A stretch of 64,000 nucleotides of DNA from Polyangiaceae bacterium (GTDB lineage Bacteria; Myxococcota_A; Polyangia; Polyangiales; Polyangiaceae), in assembly GCA_033763455.1 (NCBI GenBank), contig JANRKO010000070.1, positions 1 to 64,000 of the forward strand. Reading direction: 5' to 3'. A model generated the notes under the pieces. It did no database searches. It saw only the letters and a list, made by a program, of their open reading frames with translations, and was not told where the DNA came from. Positions 20,604 through 29,485 of the stretch are shown here, one piece after another. Positions within the stretch are counted from its first letter, which is position 1. Every line of letters begins with the position of its first letter. A program made the translations under genes and the position numbers.

Positions 20604-20760
20604 GGGGGTGCTCTTAGCACCCTCGGAGTGTTTGGGGAGAAGGAATGCGGAGGGGAGCTTTATGCAGTAATCATGCCCCGTAAGAAGTTTGACGCGTGCG
20701 CCGTCGGCGCGCAATGGTCTAGCTTTGTTAGGGCTCACCGACGCATAGTTGTCCGACACC

Positions 20761-21288
20761 ATGGCCATTGCCTACCGGCGCATCTACATCCTTGCAGGGC
20801 CGAACGGCGCGGGTAAGACTACGTTTGCGCGTGAATTTCTTGTGAGCGAAGGTGAATGTCCTGTGTTCATCAATGCAGACCTCATTGCCGAAGGTGTTTC
20901 ACCATTCGCTCCCGAACGTGCTGCCGTGCGGGCGGGGCGGATCATGCTGGACCTGATGGAGGAAAGTGTTCGCCGTGGTGAGAGCTTCGCGTTTGAAACA
21001 ACGCTGGCGAGCCGCGGCTACGCTAGGTCCATTGCCCAATGGCACACGGCTGGTTACAAAGTGGTTCTGCATTTTCTTTCGTTGCCTTCAGCAGATTTCG
21101 CGGTGGCACGAGTTGCGCAGCGCGTTCGCCAGGGAGGCCACAGTATTCCTGAGACCACAATTCGTAGGCGCTTCGCCGCTGGGCGGCACAACTTCGATCA
21201 CCTGTACAAGGATCTTGTGGATAGTTGGACATTGTACGACGGAGCCGGCGATCAACCGATTATTTTGGGGCATGGAGGCAACTCATGA
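20761..21288 (+). CDS. Zeta-toxin-like P-loop ATPase/kinase
   Basis: AGPNGAGKTT, INADLIA, FAFETTL, RVRQGGHSIP. Confidence 0.88.
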   Translation: MAIAYRRIYILAGPNGAGKTTFAREFLVSEGECPVFINADLIAEGVSPFAPERAAVRAGRIMLDLMEESVRRGESFAFETTLASRGYARSIAQWHTAGYKVVLHFLSLPSADFAVARVAQRVRQGGHSIPETTIRRRFAAGRHNFDHLYKDLVDSWTLYDGAGDQPIILGHGGNS

Positions 21289-21533
21289 CGGCTAAGAACC
21301 TACCCGATGTGAATTCGTCGGAGTTCACTGATCCCGAAGTTCTTGGCGCACTTGCAGCTCTCCGCCGCGCCCGAAAGAGAGCAGAAGAAATTGCCACTGC
21401 AACCGGCACTGCACTCGTACAGCAGATCGATGGCAAGCTCGTGTTGGTGTATCCGAAGCCTGCAGTGAATAGAGTGCCCGACGAAACGAGCGCCGATAGC
21501 GGCGTCGATAACGCAAAACGCATCCCCCGTTGA
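21285..21533 (+). CDS. Small hypothetical protein, putative partner of the zeta-like ATPase
   Basis: ATGA overlap and GGAGG RBS; ALRRARKRAEEIA...GKLV. Confidence 0.7.
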   Translation: MTAKNLPDVNSSEFTDPEVLGALAALRRARKRAEEIATATGTALVQQIDGKLVLVYPKPAVNRVPDETSADSGVDNAKRIPR

Positions 21534-21537
21534 GCCC

Positions 21538-22602
21538 TCAAAGCCGAGAAATCCAAGCTCCGAGCTCAGCTGCGCTCACTACCTTGCCCGAAACCACATA
21601 CGTAGGTGTTCCCTGAAAACCACGCATGAGCGCCTCGTCAGACTCACGTTCGGCACGCTCCAGCGTGCTCTTCCGTACCAGACAGCTGCGTAGCCGAGCA
21701 GGCTCTAACCCAATATCTCGGGCTGCTTCCGCTTCATCTACTCGCCCCTTCCCCGATGCGTGAGCAAACAGCCAGCGATCGGCTTGCCAGAATCTACCTT
21801 GCTCCTCAGCACAATAGGCTAACCTCAATGGCTGACAGAGATTGGCAGTCACACAACGTGTACGAGGAAACTGCCTGCGCACCACGCGCAGCTCGCGAGA
21901 ATGCCGCACCACTTGCTCCAACAGCCGGCTCGCGTGGATGCGGCACACCGGGCAACTGTAATCCGTGAATTCCTCCACCGTGAGCTTCGGCGCAGCGGCG
22001 CCATACCACGCGTGCCCCTCGAACGTTTTGCCGGTAGGAAGCAGCACCTCCGACTTCCAATTGTAGAGCTCGAAGTAGCGCGGAGCAAAAGCGTAGAACG
22101 CGATAACCACCCCTAGCGGGAGCGCAAAGAGGTACACCAATGTGTCCCTCGGATCTCGCGGCAACATCCACGCCGAACCGGCCCTCCACACCGCGACGCC
22201 CAAGCCGAGCGCCACGGCATGCACCGCCTCGCAGAGGAGGCACACCGAGCCCACCCAAAAGATCTCGATCCCCAAGAACGCCAACGACGCGAACACCGCC
22301 GCACCCGCAAGCCACCGTAACCACGCCGAACGCAACCAAGCGGCCACCAGGATCGAAAAGAAGCCGAGAGCGCCCAGCATTGGCACCGGCAGCCCAAGCA
22401 CCACCGAATAGGGGCTCAGCGCCACGCGCGTGCAATCCAACGTGGAATTCACGGAGCAAAAGCTAGCCGCATCAGGCCGCACATAAGCTCGAATGTGCAA
22501 CACCTCGAGCACCAGCGAGAAACCCAACCCAACCGTTGCTAAAACCAACGGTACTCGAAGCGGATGCGCACGGAACTCTGATAGCCAATCTTTCTCTGAC
22601 AT
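21538..22602 (-). CDS. VKOR-DsbA/thioredoxin fusion protein
   Basis: VKOR FC..C..V..SPYS and CLLC; DsbA-like DYSCPVC and GTPT. Confidence 0.9.
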   Translation of the reverse strand: MSEKDWLSEFRAHPLRVPLVLATVGLGFSLVLEVLHIRAYVRPDAASFCSVNSTLDCTRVALSPYSVVLGLPVPMLGALGFFSILVAAWLRSAWLRWLAGAAVFASLAFLGIEIFWVGSVCLLCEAVHAVALGLGVAVWRAGSAWMLPRDPRDTLVYLFALPLGVVIAFYAFAPRYFELYNWKSEVLLPTGKTFEGHAWYGAAAPKLTVEEFTDYSCPVCRIHASRLLEQVVRHSRELRVVRRQFPRTRCVTANLCQPLRLAYCAEEQGRFWQADRWLFAHASGKGRVDEAEAARDIGLEPARLRSCLVRKSTLERAERESDEALMRGFQGTPTYVVSGKVVSAAELGAWISRL

Positions 22603-22789
22603 GGGCCTTGGCTCGTTCCTTATTCCAGGATGCCGGATGAAAGCCTCAAGAACAAATCCGATCGAAGGAGTTCGAGAATGCGGGGCTTCTAATAATCATT
22701 ACCGCTCTTGTCGATCGTCATCACGTACAACGACAGGAAGTTCCAGAATCGGGGCTTACGCCCCCCATGGTAGATATTTTAGGCAATTC

Positions 22790-22817
22790 TTGACTGACTC
22801 ATATAGCGAGTCATTAT
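22790..22817 (+). promoter_or_regulatory. vapBC promoter with overlapping operator
   Basis: TTGACT-N16-CATTAT overlapped by TGACTC-N7-GAGTCA inverted repeat. Confidence 0.6.
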
Positions 22818-22824
22818 GAGTTAC

Positions 22825-23100
22825 ATGGCGCCTCACCAGAATCAGCTTACGCTGCGCGGCCTGGATCCCCGAGTCGAAGCGGAAATCCGCCGCGTGGCGA
22901 GAAGCCAAGGCATCTCTTTGAACAAGGCGGCGCTCCGTCTTCTCGAGCGGGGAGCAGGCATTGACGCGCCTGTAGAGCAGGAACGCCAGATAGGAAGCTC
23001 GCTGGATCGGTTCATTGGCGTCTGGAGCGCCCGAGAGGCCAGCACCTTTGAGCGCGCGATCAGATCCGTAGAACGAGTGGATAAGGATTTTTGGGAGTGA
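22825..23100 (+). CDS. vapB: Ribbon-helix-helix (FitA/VapB-like) antitoxin
   Basis: QLTLRGLD...A...GISLN; GTGA overlap with PIN gene. Confidence 0.8.
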   Translation: MAPHQNQLTLRGLDPRVEAEIRRVARSQGISLNKAALRLLERGAGIDAPVEQERQIGSSLDRFIGVWSAREASTFERAIRSVERVDKDFWE

Positions 23101-23486
23101 TCCGTCTGCTTGACACGAACGCGTACGTCGCCTTGCTCAAGGGAGATAGCAAGGTGGCCAGCTTGGTACGGGTCTCCGAGCAGTTGGTCCTATCAATGGT
23201 CGTTGTTGGAGAGCTCTTGTATGGGTTTCGCCACGGCAATCGGTACGAAGAGAATGCATCACTGCTGGATGATTTTCTGAGCGAGCCCCGGGTGAGCGTG
23301 CTTGCGGTAACTCGCACAACGGCCGATCGCTTCGGGAGGATTGCGGCAGCACTCCGCAAAGCAGGGACACCAATCCCAACGAACGATATCTGGATCGCGG
23401 CGCACACTTTCGAGAGTGGCGCAGAGCTTCTGACGTACGACCGGCATTTTGAGCGGGTCCCGGGCTTGCCGGCGCTCGTGCTCTGA
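23097..23486 (+). CDS. vapC: PIN-domain ribonuclease toxin
   Basis: LLDTN, GELLYG, PTNDIWIAA, TYDRHF. Confidence 0.93.
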   Translation: MIRLLDTNAYVALLKGDSKVASLVRVSEQLVLSMVVVGELLYGFRHGNRYEENASLLDDFLSEPRVSVLAVTRTTADRFGRIAAALRKAGTPIPTNDIWIAAHTFESGAELLTYDRHFERVPGLPALVL

Positions 23487-23614
23487 TCGGGGTCACGGTT
23501 TGCCGAGGCTGGCCCAGCATTTGGCATATTTTCCAAGCTTTCGCACCTTCGCGGTTCCCTCCGATACGCGGCCGAGCACGTGCCTCACGCCGCCCAACCA
23601 ACAACGGAGATCCC

Positions 23615-23878
23615 ATGCGAACCATGCGAACCCTTGGTATTGTTCCAGCCCTTTGGCTCTTGTCCGCTCCACTACACGCCCAACCAAAGCATCGCTCGGA
23701 CAGCCGAGAAGCTGCAGCACATTCACCCTACGTCTTCGACGACGAGCTCATGCAAGGAAACAGCGTATTTCCAAAGGGACAGATCATCGAAGTACGCCCG
23801 CTCAAGGGACGCGCATTTCTGATCCGCCCACGCGGCGATTTCCTTCAAGAATTGCGGAAGAGTGTTGAAGATATCTAG
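23615..23878 (+). CDS. Small secreted CglF/GltF-like protein
   Basis: Signal peptide ending LHA; YVFDDE..G...LIRPRGDFLQELRKSVEDI resembles the CglF C-terminus as recalled. Confidence 0.6.
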   Translation: MRTMRTLGIVPALWLLSAPLHAQPKHRSDSREAAAHSPYVFDDELMQGNSVFPKGQIIEVRPLKGRAFLIRPRGDFLQELRKSVEDI

Positions 23879-24321
23879 GTATCACGGGGACCAGAAGTTG
23901 CGGCCGCTGGCTGGAGCGCTTTGACCAGCATTGCCCCCAGATCTGCGAGATCATCCCGGTTCTCGGTAAGGATCCGGTACACCACTTCCGGATCGATCCG
24001 ATCATACAGGTGCACCACTCGGTTGCGAAAGCCGACAATCGGAGCGAAGCGCCGCGCGGAGCCTGCCGGAAGTAGGCTTGCTGCTTCAAGCTTCTCAAGC
24101 GTGTCAAGGCTAGTGCGCGGAATACCGAGGCCGCGCACTGAAACGATGTAGCTAGCGATGTCAATCAACGCTTGAATCGTTGTTTGCAATCGATGCAGGG
24201 CACTATCCAGGTTGCGAAAGTCGGCGCCAAATTCCGCATAAGAACCCTGCGGCAGCTCATTCAACCGCTCCAGGTTTCTCCGCACAATCTCAAACTTTGC
24301 TAAAATTCCATCTTCGGTCAT
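23875..24321 (-). CDS. hepT: HepT-like HEPN ribonuclease (DUF86)
   Basis: GFRNRVVHLY (RX4HXY); ATGA overlap with mntA. Confidence 0.9.
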   Translation of the reverse strand: MTEDGILAKFEIVRRNLERLNELPQGSYAEFGADFRNLDSALHRLQTTIQALIDIASYIVSVRGLGIPRTSLDTLEKLEAASLLPAGSARRFAPIVGFRNRVVHLYDRIDPEVVYRILTENRDDLADLGAMLVKALQPAAATSGPRDT

Positions 24322-24758
24322 CTTTCCCCCTCGAACCAAGCGCCAAGTCCGGAAAGCGCGTGCCGCTCAGCAATTTCATGCGTCGGCAAGAAGTCAAAGT
24401 AGCGCACGAACGAGTCCGACTCAAAATCGACCCTCCGCGCAGGCTCCACATCATAAACCAAGCGCCCTTCGCTGAGCACACGGTGCTGAAACACTGGCCC
24501 CTGGTGCTCCAACAACACAAGGTCAATCCGCCGCCCCGGCGCGACCGCTTCGAGCTTGGCCGCAAGGTGCCCCAGCATCGGCAACACCTCCAAAGCAGTG
24601 AGTCGCCGATCTCGAAGCAAGATCGCAACATCCACGTCGCTCTCCGGTCGCGCCTGCCCGCGAGCTTCGGAGCCAAAAAGCCACGCCGTCGTCACCTCCG
24701 GGAACCCGCCTAACACGTGCGCGATGTCTTGGTCGACGGTGGGTTCGGTCACCCGCAT
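24318..24758 (-). CDS. mntA: MntA-like minimal nucleotidyltransferase antitoxin
   Basis: LFGSEARGQARPESDVDVA (GSX10DXD), IDLV. Confidence 0.9.
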   Translation of the reverse strand: MRVTEPTVDQDIAHVLGGFPEVTTAWLFGSEARGQARPESDVDVAILLRDRRLTALEVLPMLGHLAAKLEAVAPGRRIDLVLLEHQGPVFQHRVLSEGRLVYDVEPARRVDFESDSFVRYFDFLPTHEIAERHALSGLGAWFEGER

Positions 24759-24864
24759 AGGGTAGCGGCAAGTGCGGGAAAGGCCAGCCGGAAAGCCTAC
24801 GCTCGAGTGACTCCGATATGCCGATCTTTCGCCGTATCCGATGCATGCTAAGCTTTCTCGGGCA

Positions 24865-25062
24865 ATGGACGCTTTGGAGCACTCAGACGTTGAGCTTGAT
24901 GGTCAGACGAGCGCTTCGCTGAAGTTCATTCAAGCCGTTGAGATGATGGCCGAGGGACTTCGGCTCAAACGAGCGCTCCTCAGGCAGCAGCATCCGGAGC
25001 TCAATGAAGCTGCACTCGAAAAGCTGTTTTTAGACTGGTTGAGCTCGGAAGATGACCTCTGA
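24865..25062 (+). CDS. Small hypothetical protein upstream of a nucleotidyltransferase remnant
   Basis: Helical, LRQQHPELNE..L; overlaps the next start; start 24841 or 24865. Confidence 0.6.
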   Translation: MDALEHSDVELDGQTSASLKFIQAVEMMAEGLRLKRALLRQQHPELNEAALEKLFLDWLSSEDDL

Positions 25063-25318
25063 AACGATATTTGCGGCTTTTCGGCGTATAGCGAAAGATC
25101 TCACAGCAGAGCAGCCTTCGTTCGCGGTTGTTGGAGGCATTGCCATCTCCGTGCGTGCCGAGGTGCGCTTCACGCGCGTGACGTGGATGTGGCGGTGAAG
25201 GTCCGTAGCGATGCCGATGCCGAAAAGCTGGTGGCTGGGCTCAAGGAGCGGCATTATGTTGCAGTGGCAACTGTCGAGCAAACGCGGTGGGCCGCCTTTC
25301 CATCGTGCGCTTGGTGAG
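25052..25318 (+). pseudogene. Frameshifted, truncated nucleotidyltransferase (GG..A...R.T.DVD type)
   Basis: FAVVGGIAISVRAEVRFTR; extra CG in CACGCGCGTGAC (25171-25182) shifts DVDVAV out of frame; second shift before VGRLSIVRLVS. Confidence 0.75.
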
Positions 25319-25621
25319 CACTGGCGAGAGGGGGGCCGAGCCGGCGAGGCGGATCACGTGCTCCAGCTCAACGGACACGTTCTGCCGATTGAGCTGAAAT
25401 CCGGCGCAGCCGGGAGCATGAAGAGCCTCCATCAATTCATGTTCGACAAGAAGCTTGAGCAAGCCGTGCGGATTGACACTAACCCGCCGAGTGTTCTTGA
25501 GGTGAATGTACGAACAACGCAGGGCGACAAAGTCCGCTACCTGCTCGTGAGCATACCCTTGTACTTGCTCTGGAACATCGAACGTATTACCGAAGAAGCT
25601 TGGAACGTGAGGGAAGTGTGA
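25319..25621 (+). pseudogene. 3' fragment of an AAA_14/DUF4143 ATPase
   Basis: WREGG..GEADHVL...PIELKSG..GSMKSLHQFM...SIPLY; ATPase domain and start absent. Confidence 0.75.
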
Positions 25622-25675
25622 GGAGGGCGGCCGCCAGTCAACTGCTGGAACAGTTCCGGTTCTTTTTGCAGAAAC

Positions 25676-27019
25676 CTACCGTTCACCGCCATACTCCGTC
25701 ACTCTGATGAGCACTTCGCGCAAGGCACCAGCCAAGGTGTTCGCGGTCAAGCTAGGGTTGCTCCTAACGACACATCCGAAGGGGCTGCGCTCAAAATCCC
25801 CAGCGTAGGTTGGCAAAGCGAGGTAGCGCGCCGCCTTCTCCAGGACACACGATTGGACATTCGGCGACTCTGCAAGTTGCAGGGCAAACGCCTCTAAGTT
25901 TTCATATTTAAATGCCTCGGACCCCAGGCGGCCGTCGAAAGTGAAGCTGGCGGCCGTACTTACTGGGATACCGTCCCTCGTGGGAAGGTGGCGTGCAAGG
26001 CCGTCAAAGTGTTCAAAAGCACGACCCAGGGGATCTATGTTCAAATGGCACTGCGCGCAGGCTCTGTTGTTAATCTGCAGGTTAGCATCCGGCTCGGCTC
26101 CGGCACTCGCAAAATCATGGCCTGTAGTCGGCGCGGAAGTCGTCATACAAAACGCGTCCTCCATCACGGCTCGGCCCCGAGCTTCCACGCTCGCAGCGCG
26201 CACCAACCATGCCCCCCGCGCGAATATACCGAATCGCTCCTGCGAGGCGCCATCAAGCGCGTACCAAACGCCAGGGTCCTTGGGTGATTGTGGGATCGGC
26301 AACCCGTAATAGTTCGCAAGCGCGTCGTTCGCGGAGAATACGGAGCCGCCCAAGAGCTTCGTCAAACTGCACTGGCCATCCCCAACGCAACCACCCACAT
26401 AACGCCGAACCTCCTCGTCTAAGGTTTCCTTGTCGATACTGGGATCGCCGAGGCCCCCATGCACCGTCCCAGGGTTCCCTCCGGGCTGCTCAGCGATGCC
26501 GAACCAAGTGAGCGCAAATTTGCGCAAACCAATGTGGGCGCGCGGGTCTTCAAGTACTTGCTTCACGGCGCTCACGGGACTGGCATTGGCAATAATTGCC
26601 TGCGTTTCGCTGACAGCCGTCGGATCCCCCCAAACATGTGAGGCCAGAACTTGTGCAAGCTGGCCCCGAACGATTCCGCAGTAGGGACTGCTTACGGGTG
26701 GCTCGTTGGCGGGAGCAGCTTCTGTAGCGGGCGCCGGGCTCGTGGAGGTATTAGCCATTCCACCAAGTATCCCTTCCTGGCCACCAGTGAAACCTGGAGA
26801 CGCTTGAGTAGCCACGGGAACCCCACCCAAACCAGATGTTTGAAAGGCCGAGTGGGCACCGCCGGAACCAATTGCTCCGCCCGTCACGGAATCTGGTTCA
26901 CGGCCACCTTCTTCCGTGGAGAATCTGCCTCCGCAGCAAGGACTAAGAATTAACGATCCAAGACAGAGTGCAAATGGCACCTTGTTTGGGAAACCGCCGC
27001 CTATTTGGAACCCTGGCAT
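25676..27019 (-). CDS. Lipoprotein with DUF1592/DUF1588-like (CxxCH) domains
   Basis: Gly-rich linker, FALTWFG, RG..V...FC, ACAQCH.NIDPLG.AFEHFD. Confidence 0.75.
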   Translation of the reverse strand: MPGFQIGGGFPNKVPFALCLGSLILSPCCGGRFSTEEGGREPDSVTGGAIGSGGAHSAFQTSGLGGVPVATQASPGFTGGQEGILGGMANTSTSPAPATEAAPANEPPVSSPYCGIVRGQLAQVLASHVWGDPTAVSETQAIIANASPVSAVKQVLEDPRAHIGLRKFALTWFGIAEQPGGNPGTVHGGLGDPSIDKETLDEEVRRYVGGCVGDGQCSLTKLLGGSVFSANDALANYYGLPIPQSPKDPGVWYALDGASQERFGIFARGAWLVRAASVEARGRAVMEDAFCMTTSAPTTGHDFASAGAEPDANLQINNRACAQCHLNIDPLGRAFEHFDGLARHLPTRDGIPVSTAASFTFDGRLGSEAFKYENLEAFALQLAESPNVQSCVLEKAARYLALPTYAGDFERSPFGCVVRSNPSLTANTLAGALREVLIRVTEYGGER

Positions 27020-27205
27020 GACCTAAGCTAGCACGTGCCACTGCAAGCACCCGCCAATTCCGAAAAGTGGTCCCCTGCCCCTTGAAGAGTGCTCTGGAGG
27101 TCCGGAAATCGAACCCGAAGCGGGTATGCTCAAGGAATGCAACTAGCGCAAATGACAAAGTGAGGCACTCGAACACAGAGCCAGGCGATGGGCATACCCA
27201 AAAAC

Positions 27206-27234
27206 GAAAACGGCGAGCAAAGCTCGCCGTTTTC
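27206..27234. terminator. Intrinsic terminator
   Basis: GAAAACGGCGAGC-AAA-GCTCGCCGTTTTC perfect 13-bp stem, 20 nt after the stop at 27255. Confidence 0.9.
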
Positions 27235-27254
27235 TTCCATTTACCTGTTAATAC

Positions 27255-28520
27255 TCAGCCGCCAACAGTGGTCGTAATCGCTGCAACATCCATCACGCTC
27301 GTATTGAGCTTGCCCGTCGCGTCGCCGATAAGTTTACCGACTTTGCCCATCTCGGGGATAGCACAGCCGGCACCAATCTTTGCCTTAAGGTCGCCGTCAA
27401 TCGCAACTTGGCCGAGGCCCTCTGCAGCAGCAGTAGCCGCCGCTGTCAACGTTCCGCCCGCCTTGATGATGCCCTTGGCCTGAGCCTGTTGAGCCAAGAT
27501 CTGGCCGTAAGCATCTACGAAGACCGAGGTGAACGCCGCGAAGTCTGCCTTGGCAGCCGCGTCAAGACCGGCCTTGGCCGTGAACTCTACGTAAAGCTTA
27601 GGAGGCGAGCACTCAGCTTTCACTTCTGCCGACGCCTTGGCCGACGCGTTGCATTCTGCCTTAACCATGGGCGGGGTCACTTCGCCCTCACACTTTCCCT
27701 TGCATTCCACCTGAGCGTTCGCCATCGCTTCGCACTTGACCTCTGCGCCTGCCGAGCACATCACGCCCATCGGCGGGGTGTATTCACATTCACCAGTGCA
27801 CTTGCCGCTACATGTGCCATTGCACTTGCCGCCTGCAGCAACGGTACATTCGCCCATGCAGGTGCCGTCTGCATTCAAGGTACCCGCACAAGTACCTTCG
27901 CACTTCGTCTTACCATCCAGCATGCAGGTGCCTTCGCAGCTGGCTTTGCAGGTGCCCGAGCAAGAAAGCATGGGAGCGGTACCGCTGCACTTCAGGGTAG
28001 CCATCGCGTCGCAGGATGCCGAAGCTGAGGCCTCCGCTACACAAGAGCCCGAGCACTTAACGGAAGCTGACCCAGGGTCGACGGAAGCATCGCACTTGGC
28101 CTGTGCTTCCAGAGTAGCTTTGGCACTTACCTCACACTTGGGAGGCTCTGCCACGATTCGCGCCTTGCCTTCGACGTTCGCCGTTAGCTTGGCGGTGAGA
28201 GCAGCCTTGATTTCGGCATTGGTGGTAACGCCGAGAGCCCCGCGAATACGTGCGAGTTGCGCTTCAATGTTCCCCGACACCAATGTGGCCTGGCCGTTGA
28301 ACTCAAGTACCGCGTTGAAGAAAGCGTCAATCGAGCGAATGCCGGAAATCTGGGCATTGCCCTCCACAATTCCCTCTGCGTCACAAACCAAGCCGCACTG
28401 CGCTGCCAAACCATCAAGCGGACCTGCCGCATTCGCCACATCACTACACGCCGTTGAGGCGATGCCGCCTATAAGCGCTGGTGCAAGCAGCGCGATCAAA
28501 GCAATCTTTGTTGTCTTCAT
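27255..28520 (-). CDS. Cysteine-rich lipoprotein
   Basis: AAGGAG RBS, lipobox STAC, repeated CxGxC units (28 Cys by my count). Confidence 0.85.
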   Translation of the reverse strand: MKTTKIALIALLAPALIGGIASTACSDVANAAGPLDGLAAQCGLVCDAEGIVEGNAQISGIRSIDAFFNAVLEFNGQATLVSGNIEAQLARIRGALGVTTNAEIKAALTAKLTANVEGKARIVAEPPKCEVSAKATLEAQAKCDASVDPGSASVKCSGSCVAEASASASCDAMATLKCSGTAPMLSCSGTCKASCEGTCMLDGKTKCEGTCAGTLNADGTCMGECTVAAGGKCNGTCSGKCTGECEYTPPMGVMCSAGAEVKCEAMANAQVECKGKCEGEVTPPMVKAECNASAKASAEVKAECSPPKLYVEFTAKAGLDAAAKADFAAFTSVFVDAYGQILAQQAQAKGIIKAGGTLTAAATAAAEGLGQVAIDGDLKAKIGAGCAIPEMGKVGKLIGDATGKLNTSVMDVAAITTTVGG

Positions 28521-28903
28521 TAAGAACTCCTTAGCTTTCGTTGAGTAAGATCCACGGCCCCAAGCCGCAACGATGTTGGACGGAATAGAGGGAGAAGGAA
28601 TGTAAACGATTCTCCCACCATCGGCCTAAATCGCTGCTTCGGCGCGTGCATCGAACGGATATAACCTGCAATTGGACTGCCTTTTTACAGGGGATCCGTG
28701 GGCAAGTCACCTGGCCATGTGTCCGGCCCGCGCGCCCACTTCTTGCCGGAACGGAACAGGCTTGACCAGTAGGCCCAAGGAGCGCTCCCCTAAAGAGTTC
28801 TGTAGGGGGTGCAAGTTTTCGCGGGCTGCCGCGTTGGGAAGAAAGATCGCATGAATAACTTCAGGAGCTCTGTCACAAAACGCGTTCTGGGGGCCACTAG
28901 GTC

Positions 28904-29485
28904 ATGAATGCACTTGAGGCAGTTGTGACCCCGGACGACCAAGCCGGGCTGGAATCGCGCGTAGTCGAAACGATCTCCGCGGGCAACCTCAAGGAAGCCA
29001 CGCTGCTTTGTGCCGAAAGCTACCGAGCGGGGTTGGGCCGGGTGTGTATGGCTTTTTTGGGCAATCAGGCTGAGGCCGAAGATCTGGTGCAGGATGTTTT
29101 GCTCGACGCTTACCGATCGCTTCCCAACTGGGAGAATCGCGGCTCACTCAAGGCGTATCTGTTTTCTATCGCTCGCCGTTCTTGCGCTCGGCACCTCGAA
29201 AAGAAGAGAATCCGTGAACAACTTCTTGCCTTGGCGCAGACACCGGAAGCTTCTGCCACCGCGGATGAGAGCTTGATTTCGAGGCAGCGAGCAGAAAGGG
29301 CGCGCTCAGAAATGGCCCTCCTCAAGCCTACGCTCCGTGAAGCGCTGGTGCTGCGCTTCTTGGGTGAATTGAGCTTTTCTGAGGTCGCATCAGCTCTTCA
29401 GATCGACGAAGCAACCGCCCGTCAGCGCGTATCGCGCGGGCTCCGAGCACTGCAAACGTCTGTACTCGAAAAGGAATCAACATGA
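28904..29485 (+). CDS. ECF sigma-70 factor
   Basis: AEDLVQDV region 2, LFSIAR, LSFSEVA...TARQRVSRG region 4. Confidence 0.93.
   Translation: MNALEAVVTPDDQAGLESRVVETISAGNLKEATLLCAESYRAGLGRVCMAFLGNQAEAEDLVQDVLLDAYRSLPNWENRGSLKAYLFSIARRSCARHLEKKRIREQLLALAQTPEASATADESLISRQRAERARSEMALLKPTLREALVLRFLGELSFSEVASALQIDEATARQRVSRGLRALQTSVLEKEST

Noticed and set aside
20604..20760. 6S RNA upstream of the 5-formyl-THF cyclo-ligase gene
   Set aside because: Common location, but the gap is short and I see no long rod with a central bubble.
25211..25621. Intact 136-aa gene
   Set aside because: Its N-terminus is an off-frame reading of the nucleotidyltransferase remnant; only the DUF4143-like tail is meaningful.
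27025..27040. Sigma54 promoter TGGCACGTGCTAGCT on the minus strand
   Set aside because: GG-to-GC spacing is 9 rather than the required 10.
27736..28548. 270-aa His/Pro-rich plus-strand ORF
   Set aside because: Mirror of the Cys-Gly repeats of the real minus-strand gene, which has the RBS and terminator.
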